From assembly GCA_001773695.1 (NCBI GenBank), contig MEXN01000005.1:139316-203315 (forward strand): a stretch of DNA of 64,000 nucleotides. The letters are read 5' to 3'. Shown one piece after another: positions 56,397-64,000 of this stretch (its first letter is position 1; each line of letters begins with the position of its first letter). The stretch is from Candidatus Amesbacteria bacterium RIFCSPLOWO2_01_FULL_48_25 (lineage in GTDB: Bacteria > Patescibacteriota > Microgenomatia > CAZETR01 > Amesbacteraceae). The notes beneath the pieces were generated by a model. It was not told where the DNA came from and did not search any database. It saw only the letters and a list, made by a program, of their open reading frames with translations. A program made the position numbers and the translations under genes.

Positions 56397-58598
56397 TTAG
56401 TTGTTGCCTATTAGCTCGAGGTCGAAGCTCATATCTGCACTTGTTGCCGAGGCCTGATGAACCTCTACGGCGATTACGTTTGTGCCGCTAACTAAAATGG
56501 ATTGGGGGGAAATGGTTTTGGAATTGAATGTAGATTCTTCCGGTGTGCCTAGACTGGTAGCGGCCAGTGTTTTCCAGTCGATAGGGCCTGGAGGCATATT
56601 GGTGATTCTGACTTGACTTCCGTTTATATAAACTACGGCTCCGTCATCTTTGAGAATATTGATGGTGAGACTGGTGAGACTCTCGGGGTTCGCTACCTCG
56701 AAGTATTTTCTGAAATAAGTGGTTATGTACTTATTTGCCGAATTTGAACCGTAACTTACTATGGTGGCTTCGTCGCCGTCACCGTAACCAAATTGGGCTA
56801 CACCCTGTTTCCAGGAACTGTCGTTAAAACCCAAATGCCTCCATGAGCTACCGCGGTTTGAACCATCGTCAAGATAGTTCCAGGCTGATTCTTTTTGGAC
56901 CAGGGTGGTGTTTGAAGGAACGGGTGAGGTTGTGGGAGTGGGTGTGGGGGTGGATGTGGGTGCGGGGGTGGGAGTTGGGTCAGGTTCTGGTGTGGGAGTT
57001 GGTGTGGGCTCCAATGAGGGTGTCGGGATGGGAGTAGGCGTAGAGATGGGAGTCGGGGTGGGTGAGGGTGAATTGGAGACGGCGGTCGCATCTAGATAAA
57101 AATCGAAACTGAGGTCGATACTATCTCTTGTACCCTGGTGTACTTCGACGGCGATTTGGTTATTGCCGGGTACTAAGAAGGCCGGACTTAGAGTGATGGA
57201 ATAATAAGTAGTCTCATATGTGCCGCCGATTAGGGAAGAGGCGAGAGTCGAGTTGTATATGATCCCACCGGGCATGTTGGTACGGTAAATCTCGGAATTG
57301 TTGAGATAGACGACGGCGCCATCATCCCTGAGGACACCTAATTTTAGGGAGATTACTCGGGCGGGATCATCGATCCAGAAGTTTTTCCTAAAGTAGGTGG
57401 TGACATATTTGTTTGCCGAGTCAGGTCCGTAACTAATGACAGTTTTTTCGTCGCCGTCACCGTAACCAAATTGAGCGATCCCCTCTTTCCAGGCGGAATC
57501 GTCGAATGAGGATTGTTTCCAACTGGATCCGGGTTTGGTGCCGTTGTCAAGATATTTCCAACCGTCGCCTTTGGAGACCAGGCTTAGATTTTGGACGGAA
57601 TTTATGTCCGAGGTAATGGAAAAGGCATCTGAGAAAGCTGGTGGCGATCCGACGCCTACAAATTGGCCCGAGATTGCAGTGTCACTGACGTCGAACTTTA
57701 GAAAGCCGAATGTGGGGTAAAGATTTGCGCCCATGAGTCTTGTAAAATAAGAAATTTCCGGGTCGGAAAAGTTGATGTTACTTAAGTTTCTCCCGCCGGT
57801 GCCGGCGATGACAAAAACCGGGCCGGACCCTTTGGCGTAAGCGTCGGTAAAGCCAGTTTGATTGACGCAGTCGCTGTTGTAGCTGCCGGGGGTGACGGAG
57901 GGACAGGATGTGGTGCCGTTTATGAGCTGTTTTGATCTTTGGTAGTTGTGATTGTGGGCTTGCAGGACAAGGTCGACTTTTTTGCTGATTAAAAGATTTT
58001 CCAAGTCGGGACCAATGAGACAGACTGAATTTTCGGCATTCAGGCAGGGCTTGTGCATGGCGACAATTATCCAAGGAATGTTCTGGTTACGGGCCGAATC
58101 AATTGCGTTTGACAGCCAATCGAAGTGGCTGGTGCCAGAGCTATAGTCGTAGTAGTCTCCCGCGAAAGTCAGGTCCGGTGAGAATAAAATGAACCGGGCA
58201 AGATTTTGGTAGTCGAAGTAATACTCTTTACCATACTCGCCAACGAGACCGCCGATGCGATCAGGCAGACAGGCAGCGAAGGCGTCGATATTGGCTTCTC
58301 CTCCATCGGAATCGTGATTACCTGACAATAGTTCAAATGGGTAAGTGCTGCCCACGAAACTTTTTACGTAATCACACCAGGCGGATTCGGGTGAGAGAGT
58401 GCCATAGCTGAAATCGCCTGTTGCCAAGTGAAAATCGGCCCCCGCTTGGGAAATTTTGGCTAGAACTGCCGAAGTATCGCTGGTTGACTGGTAATCACTA
58501 ATGGCTGTAAAACTAAATCCTTCAGAATTAGCCAGAGCCGAAGAAGGCCAGGTAGCCAGAAGTACAAATAGGAGGGAGGTGAAGAGCGATTTTTTCAT
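56397..58598 (-). CDS. Secreted metallophosphoesterase (calcineurin-like/purple-acid-phosphatase-like) with two tandem C-terminal beta-sandwich domains separated by Pro/Thr linkers
   Basis: N-terminal signal. GDFSYG, GNHD and HNHNYQRS metal-ligand motifs. Two roughly 130-aa repeats (SSWK...FGYGDGDE...TTYFRK...DDGAVVY) flank a PT-rich linker. Confidence 0.7.
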   Translation of the reverse strand: MKKSLFTSLLFVLLATWPSSALANSEGFSFTAISDYQSTSDTSAVLAKISQAGADFHLATGDFSYGTLSPESAWCDYVKSFVGSTYPFELLSGNHDSDGGEANIDAFAACLPDRIGGLVGEYGKEYYFDYQNLARFILFSPDLTFAGDYYDYSSGTSHFDWLSNAIDSARNQNIPWIIVAMHKPCLNAENSVCLIGPDLENLLISKKVDLVLQAHNHNYQRSKQLINGTTSCPSVTPGSYNSDCVNQTGFTDAYAKGSGPVFVIAGTGGRNLSNINFSDPEISYFTRLMGANLYPTFGFLKFDVSDTAISGQFVGVGSPPAFSDAFSITSDINSVQNLSLVSKGDGWKYLDNGTKPGSSWKQSSFDDSAWKEGIAQFGYGDGDEKTVISYGPDSANKYVTTYFRKNFWIDDPARVISLKLGVLRDDGAVVYLNNSEIYRTNMPGGIIYNSTLASSLIGGTYETTYYSITLSPAFLVPGNNQIAVEVHQGTRDSIDLSFDFYLDATAVSNSPSPTPTPISTPTPIPTPSLEPTPTPTPEPDPTPTPAPTSTPTPTPTTSPVPSNTTLVQKESAWNYLDDGSNRGSSWRHLGFNDSSWKQGVAQFGYGDGDEATIVSYGSNSANKYITTYFRKYFEVANPESLTSLTINILKDDGAVVYINGSQVRITNMPPGPIDWKTLAATSLGTPEESTFNSKTISPQSILVSGTNVIAVEVHQASATSADMSFDLELIGNN

Positions 58599-58629
58599 CT
58601 ACAGGTCTAGTTTATGCTGAATTGGATTA

Positions 58630-58651
58630 ATAATCAATGCCCATTGATTAT
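58630..58651. promoter_or_regulatory. Palindrome ataatcaatg-cc-cattgattat upstream of the second RRM gene (candidate operator)
   Basis: 10-bp perfect inverted arms about 15 bp upstream of a TGATATAAA extended -10-like element. Confidence 0.35.
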
Positions 58652-58758
58652 GTTGCAGGGGTGTGATATAAAGGGGGCTAGAGTTACTGATACTTCGCGA
58701 AAGAGTTTAGGTTGGAGCGGGTGCAGAGCTTACTAACGAATTGAGGTGAATAAGTAAA

Positions 58759-59079
58759 ATGTCTAGATTATTTGTAGGCGGATTGTCGTGGGAAACCACG
58801 GAAGACGCTTTAAAATCCCTTTTTTCCCAAGCGGGAACAGTGGTGTCTGCGACTATCATTGTTGACAGAGACACCAACAGGTCTAAAGGATTTGGATTTG
58901 TGGAGATGAGTTCCGATGGGGAAGCCAATGCGGCTATCCAGAAGTTTAACGGTTATGAGTTGGATGGCAGAAAACTGGCCGTGAATATAGCCAGACCCAA
59001 GACAGAGGACAGCAGACCTTCCGGAGGATTTAACCGTGGAGGTGACAGGGGAGATAGGAGAGGTGGGTATAGTAGGTAA
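58759..59079 (+). CDS. RRM-type RNA-binding protein, paralog of 46147..46503
   Basis: MSRLFVGGLSWETTEDALKSLFSQAGTVVSATIIVDRDTNRSKGFGFVEMSSDGEANAAIQKFNG... followed by an RGG tail. Confidence 0.8.
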   Translation: MSRLFVGGLSWETTEDALKSLFSQAGTVVSATIIVDRDTNRSKGFGFVEMSSDGEANAAIQKFNGYELDGRKLAVNIARPKTEDSRPSGGFNRGGDRGDRRGGYSR

Positions 59080-59095
59080 AGATCTAGACTGAATG

Positions 59096-59117
59096 GCGGC
59101 CCCGTATCCGGGGCCGC
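59096..59117 (+). terminator. Terminator-like hairpin after the RRM paralog (weak U tract)
   Basis: gcggcccc-gtatcc-ggggccgc with an 8-bp stem, followed by tt. Confidence 0.35.
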
Positions 59118-59146
59118 TTGAGGTGTGTGGTGTAAAATGATGGTCT

Positions 59147-59890
59147 ATGGTCGGCGCGAGTGAGGTTGTGGGAATATTGGGGAAGGGGGAAGTTGGTCGG
59201 GCGGTGGGTAGGATTTGCCGGGAGGCGGGATATAAAGTGTTGGTCAGAGAGTTGAAATATGACGAGATTTCGGAAAAACAAATCGATTATTTGCATGTAA
59301 ACATTCCGGAAAAGGTAAAAGCTGATTTTGTCCGAGTGGTGGTAAAAAATATCAGGGAGTTGAGGCCGAAGTTAACTGTCATAAACAGCTCATGCTCGGT
59401 GGGGGCGACGCGGGAGATTTATGAGAAAGTCGGATTGCCTATTGTTCACTCTCCCGTAATTGGAGTGCATCCCCATTTATATGAATCAATAAAGCTACGG
59501 TTCAGGAAAATTATCGGGCCTGTTAATAAAAAATCATTGGTTTTGGCCAAGGCACATTTTAAAAAGTTGGGTTTGAAAATTGAAATTTATGGCAGTTCGG
59601 AAAATTCTGAAGCCGCTAAACTTCTAGATTTGGTGTATTACGCTTGGAATATAGTTTTTTGTAAATGGATGGACGAGATATGTGGAAAAATGGGGGTTGA
59701 TTTTGACCAGGTGTATACCAGGCATAACCAGAATTACAATGAGGGCTATAAAAAATTGCGGCCGAACGTGATCCGGCCGGTTCTGTCCCCTACTCCGGGC
59801 CCGATCGACGGACATTGTACTATTCCGGATGTGGAATTAATCGAGCGAGATTTTCCCAAGACTGACGGAGTTTATTCTGAAGGAGAATAA
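59147..59890 (+). CDS. UDP-glucose/GDP-mannose dehydrogenase family-like NAD-binding protein (truncated, no C-terminal domain)
   Basis: N-terminal GxGxxG (GILGKGEVGRAVG). Central SSENSEAAKLLDLVYYAWNIVFCKWMDEICGKMGVDFDQV resembles the UDPGDH dimerisation-domain consensus. Confidence 0.4.
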   Translation: MVGASEVVGILGKGEVGRAVGRICREAGYKVLVRELKYDEISEKQIDYLHVNIPEKVKADFVRVVVKNIRELRPKLTVINSSCSVGATREIYEKVGLPIVHSPVIGVHPHLYESIKLRFRKIIGPVNKKSLVLAKAHFKKLGLKIEIYGSSENSEAAKLLDLVYYAWNIVFCKWMDEICGKMGVDFDQVYTRHNQNYNEGYKKLRPNVIRPVLSPTPGPIDGHCTIPDVELIERDFPKTDGVYSEGE

Positions 59891-59893
59891 AAA

Positions 59894-60424
59894 TTACTGA
59901 TAGATGGGTTTATATAGAGTTTTGAATGTGTCTGGATAGCTGAGAGGTGGGTAGAGGTGGCCATGCTCTTTGGTAAAATTATCGCAGTTTCTTTCCATAG
60001 TGGTTAAGTCTGGGCTGATGCGTAGAGCTTTTAAGAGGGCGGCTAAGAGTTGAATGTAATTATTTTGATCGTGGATGTCTATGTTTGCCCGGCGGGAAAT
60101 CTCTTCAAATTTGGTGAGGCTGACAACGTGGATAACGGGATTGGAGTGGAGGATTCTGAGTATTTTGTCTCTCCAGGCGATGCAGCCAGCCCCTTTTCCT
60201 TGAACAATAAGGGCCGATTGGACGCCGGCTGACTTGGTGAAGTAGGTGCATTCTCCTTCCCATTCAGACAGAGCGAGGATAAGTCCCTGGGCTAGCTGCA
60301 TTGGCTGTCCGGTTGCGATCAAGTGAAGTAAATGATCTAGGAAGAAATGTTCAGCCAATTCGCAGGCGGGATCAGAGTAGGGATCCTCTTTGTTAATGAC
60401 TATCCGAAATAATTTTCTGTCCAT
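59894..60424 (-). CDS. Hypothetical protein
   Basis: 176-aa ORF, no motif. Confidence 0.3.
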   Translation of the reverse strand: MDRKLFRIVINKEDPYSDPACELAEHFFLDHLLHLIATGQPMQLAQGLILALSEWEGECTYFTKSAGVQSALIVQGKGAGCIAWRDKILRILHSNPVIHVVSLTKFEEISRRANIDIHDQNNYIQLLAALLKALRISPDLTTMERNCDNFTKEHGHLYPPLSYPDTFKTLYKPIYQ

Positions 60425-60540
60425 GTGACCATTTTATATTATAGGCTTGGGATGTAAAGGTGGAGCTATGAGGGACTTTTTTCGGTTTTTCTGCGGGCGT
60501 GGAGTGGAAGTGAGTAGGGTCGGTTGACAATTTTAGCAGA

Positions 60541-61836
60541 ATGAGTATGCTATGGGCTGTAGTTATGAACAGAAGGGATTTTATTACTGGAAAGTGGATG
60601 AGGGACTTGGTGTCTGGCCCGGGGAGATCCCCTGAGGGAAAAGCGATTGACAATGCGGTTGAAATAGGTGGTGAGGCGGCGGCAGTGGCATTGATGTTAC
60701 TCCTGGCTTATCAGGGAAGCCGGGACAGATTGGTGTGGTACGAGATGAATGCTCCGAGAGTAAAAGGATCGCCAAATTTTGAAAAGCTAATGGGCTCAGT
60801 CGATCGTTTAGGTGAGGTGATAGGCGTGTTGACACCGGCTGTTTCTAGTTTGGAAGAGAAATGGAAAAGTAAATATTATAAAAGCAAAACCGAAACATAC
60901 ATTGTTATTGTGGACAATAAACCGGAAGTGAGATTTAAGACGGTTTGGTATTGGGATGAGCCAAGAGAGTTGAAAGAGGAGGGGTTGCATCATGATTCGT
61001 TGAAAAATTGGAGAGAGTTTGGGGATGGGTTTGGGAGAAAAGTTAATGACTTGGCGGCGAATGGGTCGGAGGCTTATGATTTGGAAAGAGGAACGGGGAG
61101 CATAAGTTATACAGGTCACGAGCAGGACGCTGGGACACAAAATATATTGGCGGGCTTAGGATATGGATTGGTTGGTGGTGCTTACGCGCTTTATGAAGAA
61201 TTTGATGAATGGTTAAGCGGGATTGATCATTTGCCTGTCTTTAAGGCGAGTAGCCATATGAAAAGACGAACATTTCTTAAGTTGGCGGCAGCAGCCGGAG
61301 CATACCCGGCTGTCAGATGGTTGCAAAATCTCACAGCTACAAGTAACAAGGCACTTCTGGGAGATATTCAAGAAAATTCAGCGAATGTGATAAAAGGAAT
61401 GGATGTGGAAGATGAAGAGGCTTTTCGTCGCCAATTTGGTGTAGACCCTGTGGATGTTGGAAACCATGTTCTCGGTGTTCAGAAAGTGGTCAATGCGGCC
61501 CTTGACCAGAAAGGAGACAACATTGAGAGGTGGGATGAAATTAGGCCATTGGTGAAAGATGTGCAGGTGGAATGTGAGAGGGCTGGAGGAAAGTTTTTGA
61601 AGTTTTTTGATGTTCATGTTGGGACAATGAGGATACCGGTCGAGCTGACTAAAGTGAGTAAATACTTGTGGGCGACTAGACAATTGAAAGGTTATGTTGA
61701 AGGGAGGCAGGTGGGGTTGGATACTCGGCATTTGTGGAATGCTGGGTTTTTGGGTTTGGGTTTAGCCGGGGTGATGGCCTTGGGAGAGTTTGGGTTGTTT
61801 CCGGTAATTGATAGGGCGATGGGGATAGAGGAATAG
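60541..61836 (+). CDS. Hypothetical protein carrying two twin-arginine-like motifs (N-terminal MNRRDFITG and internal MKRRTFLKLAAAAGA); possibly two fused/tandem genes
   Basis: RRDFI and RRTFLK match the S/T-R-R-x-F-L-K consensus. The internal motif is followed by an Ala-rich h-region. TTGACA at about 60522. Confidence 0.4.
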   Translation: MSMLWAVVMNRRDFITGKWMRDLVSGPGRSPEGKAIDNAVEIGGEAAAVALMLLLAYQGSRDRLVWYEMNAPRVKGSPNFEKLMGSVDRLGEVIGVLTPAVSSLEEKWKSKYYKSKTETYIVIVDNKPEVRFKTVWYWDEPRELKEEGLHHDSLKNWREFGDGFGRKVNDLAANGSEAYDLERGTGSISYTGHEQDAGTQNILAGLGYGLVGGAYALYEEFDEWLSGIDHLPVFKASSHMKRRTFLKLAAAAGAYPAVRWLQNLTATSNKALLGDIQENSANVIKGMDVEDEEAFRRQFGVDPVDVGNHVLGVQKVVNAALDQKGDNIERWDEIRPLVKDVQVECERAGGKFLKFFDVHVGTMRIPVELTKVSKYLWATRQLKGYVEGRQVGLDTRHLWNAGFLGLGLAGVMALGEFGLFPVIDRAMGIEE

Positions 61837-61838
61837 AG

Positions 61839-63824
61839 TTATTTTTGGGGGAGGCGGGAGGGGGAGATGCCCAGGGATTCGAGTTTTTCTAAATATTGAA
61901 TAATGGTGGTAACGAATTCGGCGTGAGACCAGGCTAGAGGGGTGGCTGACAAGGGACTTCCGGTTTGGGAATGAAGCTGTTCGGGTAGAATACCGGTGGG
62001 AAGGGCCGACTTTGCGGTCCATTCCAGCCAATTTTTGACGGGCTCGAGATCGGCTTCTGATTTGGCTCGGAAGAGATGATATTGAGCCAGCCAAAGGGAG
62101 GTAATTACCCAGGGGTTGCCGGGGATATTATCGGAGGAGCGGAAATACATATCCCCTTGATATCTAGCCAGGCCACCTACCGATGTGGGAAGAGTGAGCT
62201 GATCTACTACTCCCGTAAAAGCGGGGTGCAGGCGGGGGTCGTCTTTTTCTAGCAGGCCGAATCTGAAAATGGCATAGGCTGTAGACATATCTGGAGTGGG
62301 ATCGGAAACTGGGTGGTTGGTCTCGGTACCGGACAGACTTTTGAAAAATAACCCGGTGTCGGGACTGAATAGATACTTAAGTGTTGCCGATTTGATTTCG
62401 GTGGCGGCGTCTTCATATTTGCGTTCGGCTTCGGTTTTCCCTAAGAGTTTGGCAAATTTGGCGGCGCAAATTAGAGCCGCGTAAGTTACGGCGGCGGTGT
62501 AGGTAAAAACGCCATACCGCTCTTCCCACAAGTCGTAGCTTTCTTTGGGTAAGCCGGTGTGGGGGTCGCGGTAAGCCACTAGAAAATCCGAGGCCTTTTT
62601 GATGAGGGAGTTGTAAACAGTTTCGATAAATTCCAAATCCAGGGAACGAAGATAATATTGCCAGAGGGCATAGATGACGAGAGCGGTCTCGTCTTCTTGG
62701 ATTGGCAACTGGGCGTGACCTCCTCTGACCCAGGGGTGCCAAGAACTGCCTAAGGATTGGTCGGAGCGATATTTGTGCATAAAATAGCCGTCGGGGGACA
62801 AAATGGAGTTGGCGTATTCGAAAAATCTGCGAGCGGAGTTGAGTTCGCCGGCTAAAATCATGGTTAGAGTGCAGTAGGCGGCGTCACGAGGCCAGACGTA
62901 GGAATAGGTGTCCCGGCCGTATTTGAGAAGATCCGAATCCCCCGAGGCGATGACGGCCCCTCGGTTGTCGGTATGGGAGCGGATGACAAAAAGAGATTTT
63001 TTGAACAGGTCTACCAGATGGGGTGAGAGGTGGTTGAAATTGAAGCGCTGGCGGTTGACCCAGGCCTTCCAGAAGTCCTGGGCGGACTTGATGAGATATT
63101 GGGGTGTTTTGGACAAAACATAACTGTTGAGATCAAAAACTTCCTGGAATTGTTTCGAGGCCGCTAGCCAGTAATAAATATTGTCCGATTGGTGGGGACG
63201 CAAGTGGCAGGTGATGCCAATGACCGAATCTACCATGCCGTGCTCTATGGGATTTTGGGAAAGAGTCCCATCTTCGGCGTCTTTGTGTGTGCCTTCGTGG
63301 CCTTCGATGTTGAATAGTCCTACGGAATAGTCGTCGAAGCTTCGATCCCCGTGGATGGCGTTTATGAGAAATACCCGGCGGCCCTTGTAGTGGATGACAG
63401 TTTGGGTTTGGGGGTCGAAATAAGCGGTGTCACCCCGGCGGGCCTGGTAAATTTCGAATTGTTGGTGGAAGAAGAGTTTGATGGTCCGGTTTTGGTCGGA
63501 AAGATTTTTGAGGACAACTTTTCGCAAAAAGATGTTTTTTTCGTTATATACCGTGTCGGTGAAGTCTAACTGTACCTGGAGGTCGGCGTGAACTGCGACT
63601 AGGTAGCTGGCCATGGTGTCTTTGAGATAGTTGATGGTGACGTGCCAGTGGCCGTCGTCTAGCCAGCTGAAGCGGTTGTCCACCCAAACGCCGATTTTGT
63701 GGACGTAGTGGCCGTCCACATGGTTTTCCAGGCCGACGTAGGGAAAATAAAGATCGCGAACCTGGCCGTGGTTGTCCAGGCCGATAAGCATTTCTCCGTT
63801 ACCTAAATTGATAAAACGAGCCAT
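61839..63824 (-). CDS. GH15 family glycoside hydrolase (glucoamylase/glucodextranase-like; N-terminal beta-domain plus (alpha/alpha)6 catalytic domain)
   Basis: LWEERYGVFTYTAAVTYAAL (catalytic Glu context), SGDSDLLKYGRDTYSYVWPRDAAY; 661 aa. Confidence 0.7.
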   Translation of the reverse strand: MARFINLGNGEMLIGLDNHGQVRDLYFPYVGLENHVDGHYVHKIGVWVDNRFSWLDDGHWHVTINYLKDTMASYLVAVHADLQVQLDFTDTVYNEKNIFLRKVVLKNLSDQNRTIKLFFHQQFEIYQARRGDTAYFDPQTQTVIHYKGRRVFLINAIHGDRSFDDYSVGLFNIEGHEGTHKDAEDGTLSQNPIEHGMVDSVIGITCHLRPHQSDNIYYWLAASKQFQEVFDLNSYVLSKTPQYLIKSAQDFWKAWVNRQRFNFNHLSPHLVDLFKKSLFVIRSHTDNRGAVIASGDSDLLKYGRDTYSYVWPRDAAYCTLTMILAGELNSARRFFEYANSILSPDGYFMHKYRSDQSLGSSWHPWVRGGHAQLPIQEDETALVIYALWQYYLRSLDLEFIETVYNSLIKKASDFLVAYRDPHTGLPKESYDLWEERYGVFTYTAAVTYAALICAAKFAKLLGKTEAERKYEDAATEIKSATLKYLFSPDTGLFFKSLSGTETNHPVSDPTPDMSTAYAIFRFGLLEKDDPRLHPAFTGVVDQLTLPTSVGGLARYQGDMYFRSSDNIPGNPWVITSLWLAQYHLFRAKSEADLEPVKNWLEWTAKSALPTGILPEQLHSQTGSPLSATPLAWSHAEFVTTIIQYLEKLESLGISPSRLPQK

Positions 63825-63842
63825 GAAAAATTTCCAATTGAT

Positions 63843-64000
63843 CTAAATGGTGATGTTGCTTGAGGTTGACTGACTAATTCTCAGTTTTAAATCTTGCAGG
63901 GCGTTCATAAATGAGATGAAGGCTTCGTAGGGGGTATCGTGGGGATTGAAATATTTGTGGACGTCGCCGTCAGAAAACCACTTTGTACACATATAATAAA
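63843..64000 (-). CDS. C-terminal fragment of an unidentified CDS (runs off window end)
   Basis: Open frame ...YYMCTKWFSDGDVHKYFNPHDTPYEAFISFMNALQDLKLRISQSTSSNITI-stop. Upstream of and co-directional with the GH15 gene. Confidence 0.35.
   Translation of the reverse strand, partial: YYMCTKWFSDGDVHKYFNPHDTPYEAFISFMNALQDLKLRISQSTSSNITI

Noticed and set aside
56798-57099. ORFs of 97/64/64 aa in the middle of the metallophosphoesterase gene
   Set aside because: They lie in the low-complexity Pro/Thr-linker coding region (alternate frames read poly-Gly/Val or poly-Pro). They are artefacts of the repeat.

Overview
This 64-kb window looks like a chromosomal segment of a small-genome, probably Patescibacteria/CPR-like, monoderm bacterium (about 50% GC, dense coding, short ThrS/PheT/Tig/HolB variants, extensive type IV pilus machinery with no secretin). 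Content in order:

- **gyrB/holB:** the gyrB N-terminus, an upstream small ORF and a short holB.
- **Type IV pilus locus:** pilB-pilT-pilC-pilA-pilD, seven pilin-like genes, then pilM/N/O.
- **Bacillus/E. coli-like syntenic block:** KH/rpsP/rnc/nusB-ACP-like/rpmF, plus recG.
- **PBP1A.**
- **thrS-infC-rpmI-rplT-pheS-pheT cluster.**
- **Candidate small islet:** nfo sharing a nucleotide with a tRNA-Val that I only found by hand, followed by two tiny ORFs with strong ribosome-binding sites and a class II Fic gene flanked by ~50-bp direct repeats.
- **tig, cyclophilin, dinB.**
- **tRNA cluster:** Leu x4, Gly x2, Val x2, Phe, Pro, Arg, His.
- **Second pseudopilin + vWA operon.**
- **DsbA-like/msrB/msrA.**
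- **Two RRM RNA-binding paralogs.**
- **Rhomboid, DUF2130, PQQ-dependent sugar dehydrogenase, ECF sigma factor.**
- **Carbohydrate cluster:** GH130, GT4, membrane GT-like, a metallophosphoesterase with tandem surface domains, GH15.

Most notable observation: six protein genes start 0-8 nt after the 3' end of a same-strand tRNA, with no Shine-Dalgarno. This suggests tRNA-punctuated, essentially leaderless mRNAs.

Other flags, all detailed in findings and features:

- the Fic cassette with flanking repeats;
- a 23-bp perfect palindrome present twice (inside holB and abutting the dinB start);
- a NusB-ACP-like fusion;
- non-canonical T-loops in three tRNAs;
- in-frame microsatellites in thrS and pheS;
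- an rpmF gene missed by the ORF track.

No CRISPR array, rRNA, transposase or reverse transcriptase was seen. Coordinates of hand-derived features (tRNAs, repeats, revised starts) are approximate to about +/-2 nt. All family assignments come from motif recognition by eye, not database searches.
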